Positions 16,090 to 18,382 of a stretch of 18,382 nucleotides of DNA are shown piece by piece; the stretch's first letter is position 1; each line of letters starts with the position of its first letter. The notes below the pieces were generated by a model that saw only the letters and a list, made by a program, of their open reading frames with translations, did not search any database and was not told the origin of the DNA. The stretch comes from Pseudomonadota bacterium (lineage in GTDB: Bacteria; Pseudomonadota; Alphaproteobacteria; RF32; CAG-239). The position numbers and the translations under genes were made by a program. The stretch covers positions 1 to 18,382 of the forward strand of contig CAKJXZ020000006.1 in the NCBI GenBank assembly GCA_918234285.1, in the 5' to 3' direction.

Positions 16090-18165
16090 ATGCCAAGAAC
16101 ACATAAATTGGAATTATACAGAAATATCGGCATCATGGCTCACATTGATGCCGGTAAAACCACAACTACGGAACGTATTTTGTTCTATACCGGTGTGAAC
16201 CACAAAATCGGTGAAGTGCACGATGGTGCCGCCACCATGGACTGGATGGAACAGGAACAGGAACGCGGTATTACAATTACGTCTGCCGCTACCACTTGCT
16301 ATTGGAACGGTTACCGTATTAACATCATTGATACTCCGGGACACGTTGACTTCACTGCTGAAGTTGAACGTTCTTTGCGCGTACTCGATGGTGCAATCAC
16401 GGTGTTTGACTCGGTTGCCGGTGTTGAACCGCAATCCGAAACCGTTTGGAGACAGGCTGATAAATATAATGTTCCGAGAATTTGCTTCTGCAACAAGATG
16501 GATCGTATCGGTGCCAACTTCTATCGTTGTTTGGATATGATCGTGGACCGTCTGGGTGCTCGCCCGATGGCAATGCAGCTTCCGCTCGGTGCCGAAGCCG
16601 AATTTCGCGGCGTTGTGGATTTGCTGAAGATGAAAGCGGTTGTTTACACCGGTGATACGGCTGATTCTCCGATTGAAATTCAAGAAATTCCGGCTGATAT
16701 GAAAGATAAAGCTGAAGAATATCACAATCAGTTGGTAGAAATGGCTGTTGAGCAAGACGAACAAGCTATGGAAGATTACCTTGAAGGTAAAGAAATTTCG
16801 CTTGAAACCTTGAAGAAGTGCATTCGTAAGGGTACTTTGGCGCAAGATTTTGTGCCGGTATTCTGTGGTACAGCCTTCAAAAACAAGGGCGTTCAGTTGC
16901 TTTTGGATGCGGTTGTCGATTATTTGCCGTCGCCTTTGGATATTCCGGCCATTAAAGGTACAAAACCGGATTCCGATGTTGAAGAAATTCGCCATCCGGA
17001 TGATAAAGAGCCGTTGTCGGCTTTGGCCTTCAAAATTATGAACGATCCATTCGTTGGTTCTTTGACCTTTATTCGTATTTATTCGGGTGTAATGAATGCC
17101 GGTTCATACGTTTATAACTCGGTTAAAGACAAGAAAGAACGTATCGGCCGTATGCTGTTGATGCATGCCAATAAGCGTGATGATATTAAAGAAGCATACG
17201 CCGGCGATATTATCGCTTTGGCCGGTCTGAAAGACACCACTACCGGTGATACTTTGTGTGACGAAGCACATCCGATTGTTTTGGAAAACATGGTGTTCCC
17301 TGAACCGGTTATTCAGTTGGCGGTTGAGCCGAAAACTAAAGCCGATGTTGAAAAAATGGGCTTGGCTCTCGGTCGTTTGGCTATGGAAGATCCGTCTTTC
17401 AAAGTTACTTCCGATCCGGACAGCGGTCAAACCATTATTGCCGGTATGGGCGAATTGCACCTCGACATTATTGTTGACCGTTTGAAACGTGAGTTTAAGG
17501 TAGAAGCTAATGTGGGTGATCCGCAAGTGGCTTATCGTGAAACCATCACCAAGCCGTGCGATATCGAATATACCCACAAGAAACAATCCGGTGGTGCCGG
17601 TCAGTTCGCTAAAGTTAAAATTAAGTTTGAACCGACCGAAGATCATACCGGTTTTGAATTCTTGAACACCGTTGTCGGCGGTAACGTACCGAAGGAATAT
17701 ATTCCGGGCGTTGAAAAGGGCTTGAAATCGGCTATGGATACCGGTGTGATTGCCGGATATCCGGTTACCGGTGTGAAGTGCACACTTTATGATGGTGCAT
17801 ACCACGAAGTCGACTCCAACGTTATGTGTTTTGAAATCGCTGCTCGTGCAGCCTTCCGTGAAGGTATGGCTCAAGCCGCACCTAAACTTCTGGAACCGAT
17901 TATGAAGGTTGAAGTTGTTACTCCGGAAGAATATATGGGCGATATCATCGGCGACTTGAACTCTCGTCGCGGTTTGGTAAACGGTATGGATCAACGCGGT
18001 AATGCCCGTGTGGTCGATGCCTTTGTACCGCTCGCACAGATGTTCGGTTATGTGAATACGCTTCGCTCGCTTTCGCAAGGTCGTGCGCAATACACGATGA
18101 TCTTTGATCACTATGCGGAAGTTCCGAGAGAAGTGGCTGAAACCATCAAAGCTAAATCAGCTTAG
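16090..18165 (+). CDS. fusA: Elongation factor G
   Basis: [63 protein letters not shown]. Confidence 0.99.
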   Translation: MPRTHKLELYRNIGIMAHIDAGKTTTTERILFYTGVNHKIGEVHDGAATMDWMEQEQERGITITSAATTCYWNGYRINIIDTPGHVDFTAEVERSLRVLDGAITVFDSVAGVEPQSETVWRQADKYNVPRICFCNKMDRIGANFYRCLDMIVDRLGARPMAMQLPLGAEAEFRGVVDLLKMKAVVYTGDTADSPIEIQEIPADMKDKAEEYHNQLVEMAVEQDEQAMEDYLEGKEISLETLKKCIRKGTLAQDFVPVFCGTAFKNKGVQLLLDAVVDYLPSPLDIPAIKGTKPDSDVEEIRHPDDKEPLSALAFKIMNDPFVGSLTFIRIYSGVMNAGSYVYNSVKDKKERIGRMLLMHANKRDDIKEAYAGDIIALAGLKDTTTGDTLCDEAHPIVLENMVFPEPVIQLAVEPKTKADVEKMGLALGRLAMEDPSFKVTSDPDSGQTIIAGMGELHLDIIVDRLKREFKVEANVGDPQVAYRETITKPCDIEYTHKKQSGGAGQFAKVKIKFEPTEDHTGFEFLNTVVGGNVPKEYIPGVEKGLKSAMDTGVIAGYPVTGVKCTLYDGAYHEVDSNVMCFEIAARAAFREGMAQAAPKLLEPIMKVEVVTPEEYMGDIIGDLNSRRGLVNGMDQRGNARVVDAFVPLAQMFGYVNTLRSLSQGRAQYTMIFDHYAEVPREVAETIKAKSA

Positions 18166-18182
18166 ATATAATGTTAAAGACA

Positions 18183-18214
18183 CCGGAAAGGCGGTATGCC
18201 AATCGTCTTTCCGG
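18183..18214 (+). other. Intercistronic stem-loop between fusA and tuf
   Basis: CCGGAAAGGCGGT-ATGCCA-ATCGTCTTTCCGG, a 13-bp stem with two G-U pairs and no U-tract directly after it. Confidence 0.55.
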
Positions 18215-18248
18215 ATAAATTAGAATTTATTTTATTGGAGAAATAAAC

Positions 18249-18382
18249 ATGGCAAAAGAAAAATTTGAGCGGACGAAACCGCACTGCAACATTGGAACGA
18301 TTGGTCACGTAGACCACGGTAAGACCACTTTGACAGCCGCCATTACCAAAGTATTGGCAGAAGAAGGCGGCGCCAGCTTCAC
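18249..18382 (+). CDS. tuf: Elongation factor Tu, N-terminal part, runs off the window
   Basis: [38 protein letters not shown]; GGAG RBS; follows fusA. Confidence 0.98.
   Translation, partial: MAKEKFERTKPHCNIGTIGHVDHGKTTLTAAITKVLAEEGGASF

Noticed and set aside
16114-18111. Long minus-strand ORFs of 293 and 335 aa
   Set aside because: Typical antisense shadows of the strongly codon-biased fusA.

Overview
Chromosomal window from an alphaproteobacterium (inferred from RpsL, RpsG, EF-G and EF-Tu signatures and the cysE / alpha-beta hydrolase / lepB-rnc-era context). Core genes lie at both ends: tRNA-Cys (partial), tRNA-Asn, uvrB, cysE, an alpha/beta hydrolase, lepB-rnc-era, a HAD hydrolase and an HdeD-like membrane protein on the left, and rpsL-rpsG-fusA-tuf (partial) on the right. 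Between them (about 8.9-15.06 kb) is an accessory array of four paralogous genes (A-D) with different N-terminal domains: A, a tandem-repeat protein broken by one nonsense codon and two frameshifts; B, a T4-type (GH24) lysozyme fused to an SGNH hydrolase; C, a T4-type lysozyme; D, a probable CHAP/NlpC-P60-like Cys-His enzyme. All four end in the same unrecognised ~100-aa C-terminal domain with an Arg/Lys-rich tail and lack N-terminal signal peptides. B, C and D share an identically spaced promoter module, TAACA-N6-TAACA-N9-TTGTTT-N17-TAnnAT. My best reading, which is inference, is a co-regulated arsenal of cell-wall-attacking effectors tagged by a C-terminal secretion domain, analogous to Xanthomonas XVIPCD or Bartonella BID type IV secretion substrates, but with no adjacent immunity genes and no secretion machinery in this window. 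A structured repeat after tRNA-Asn contains antisense and split copies of that tRNA's T-arm.
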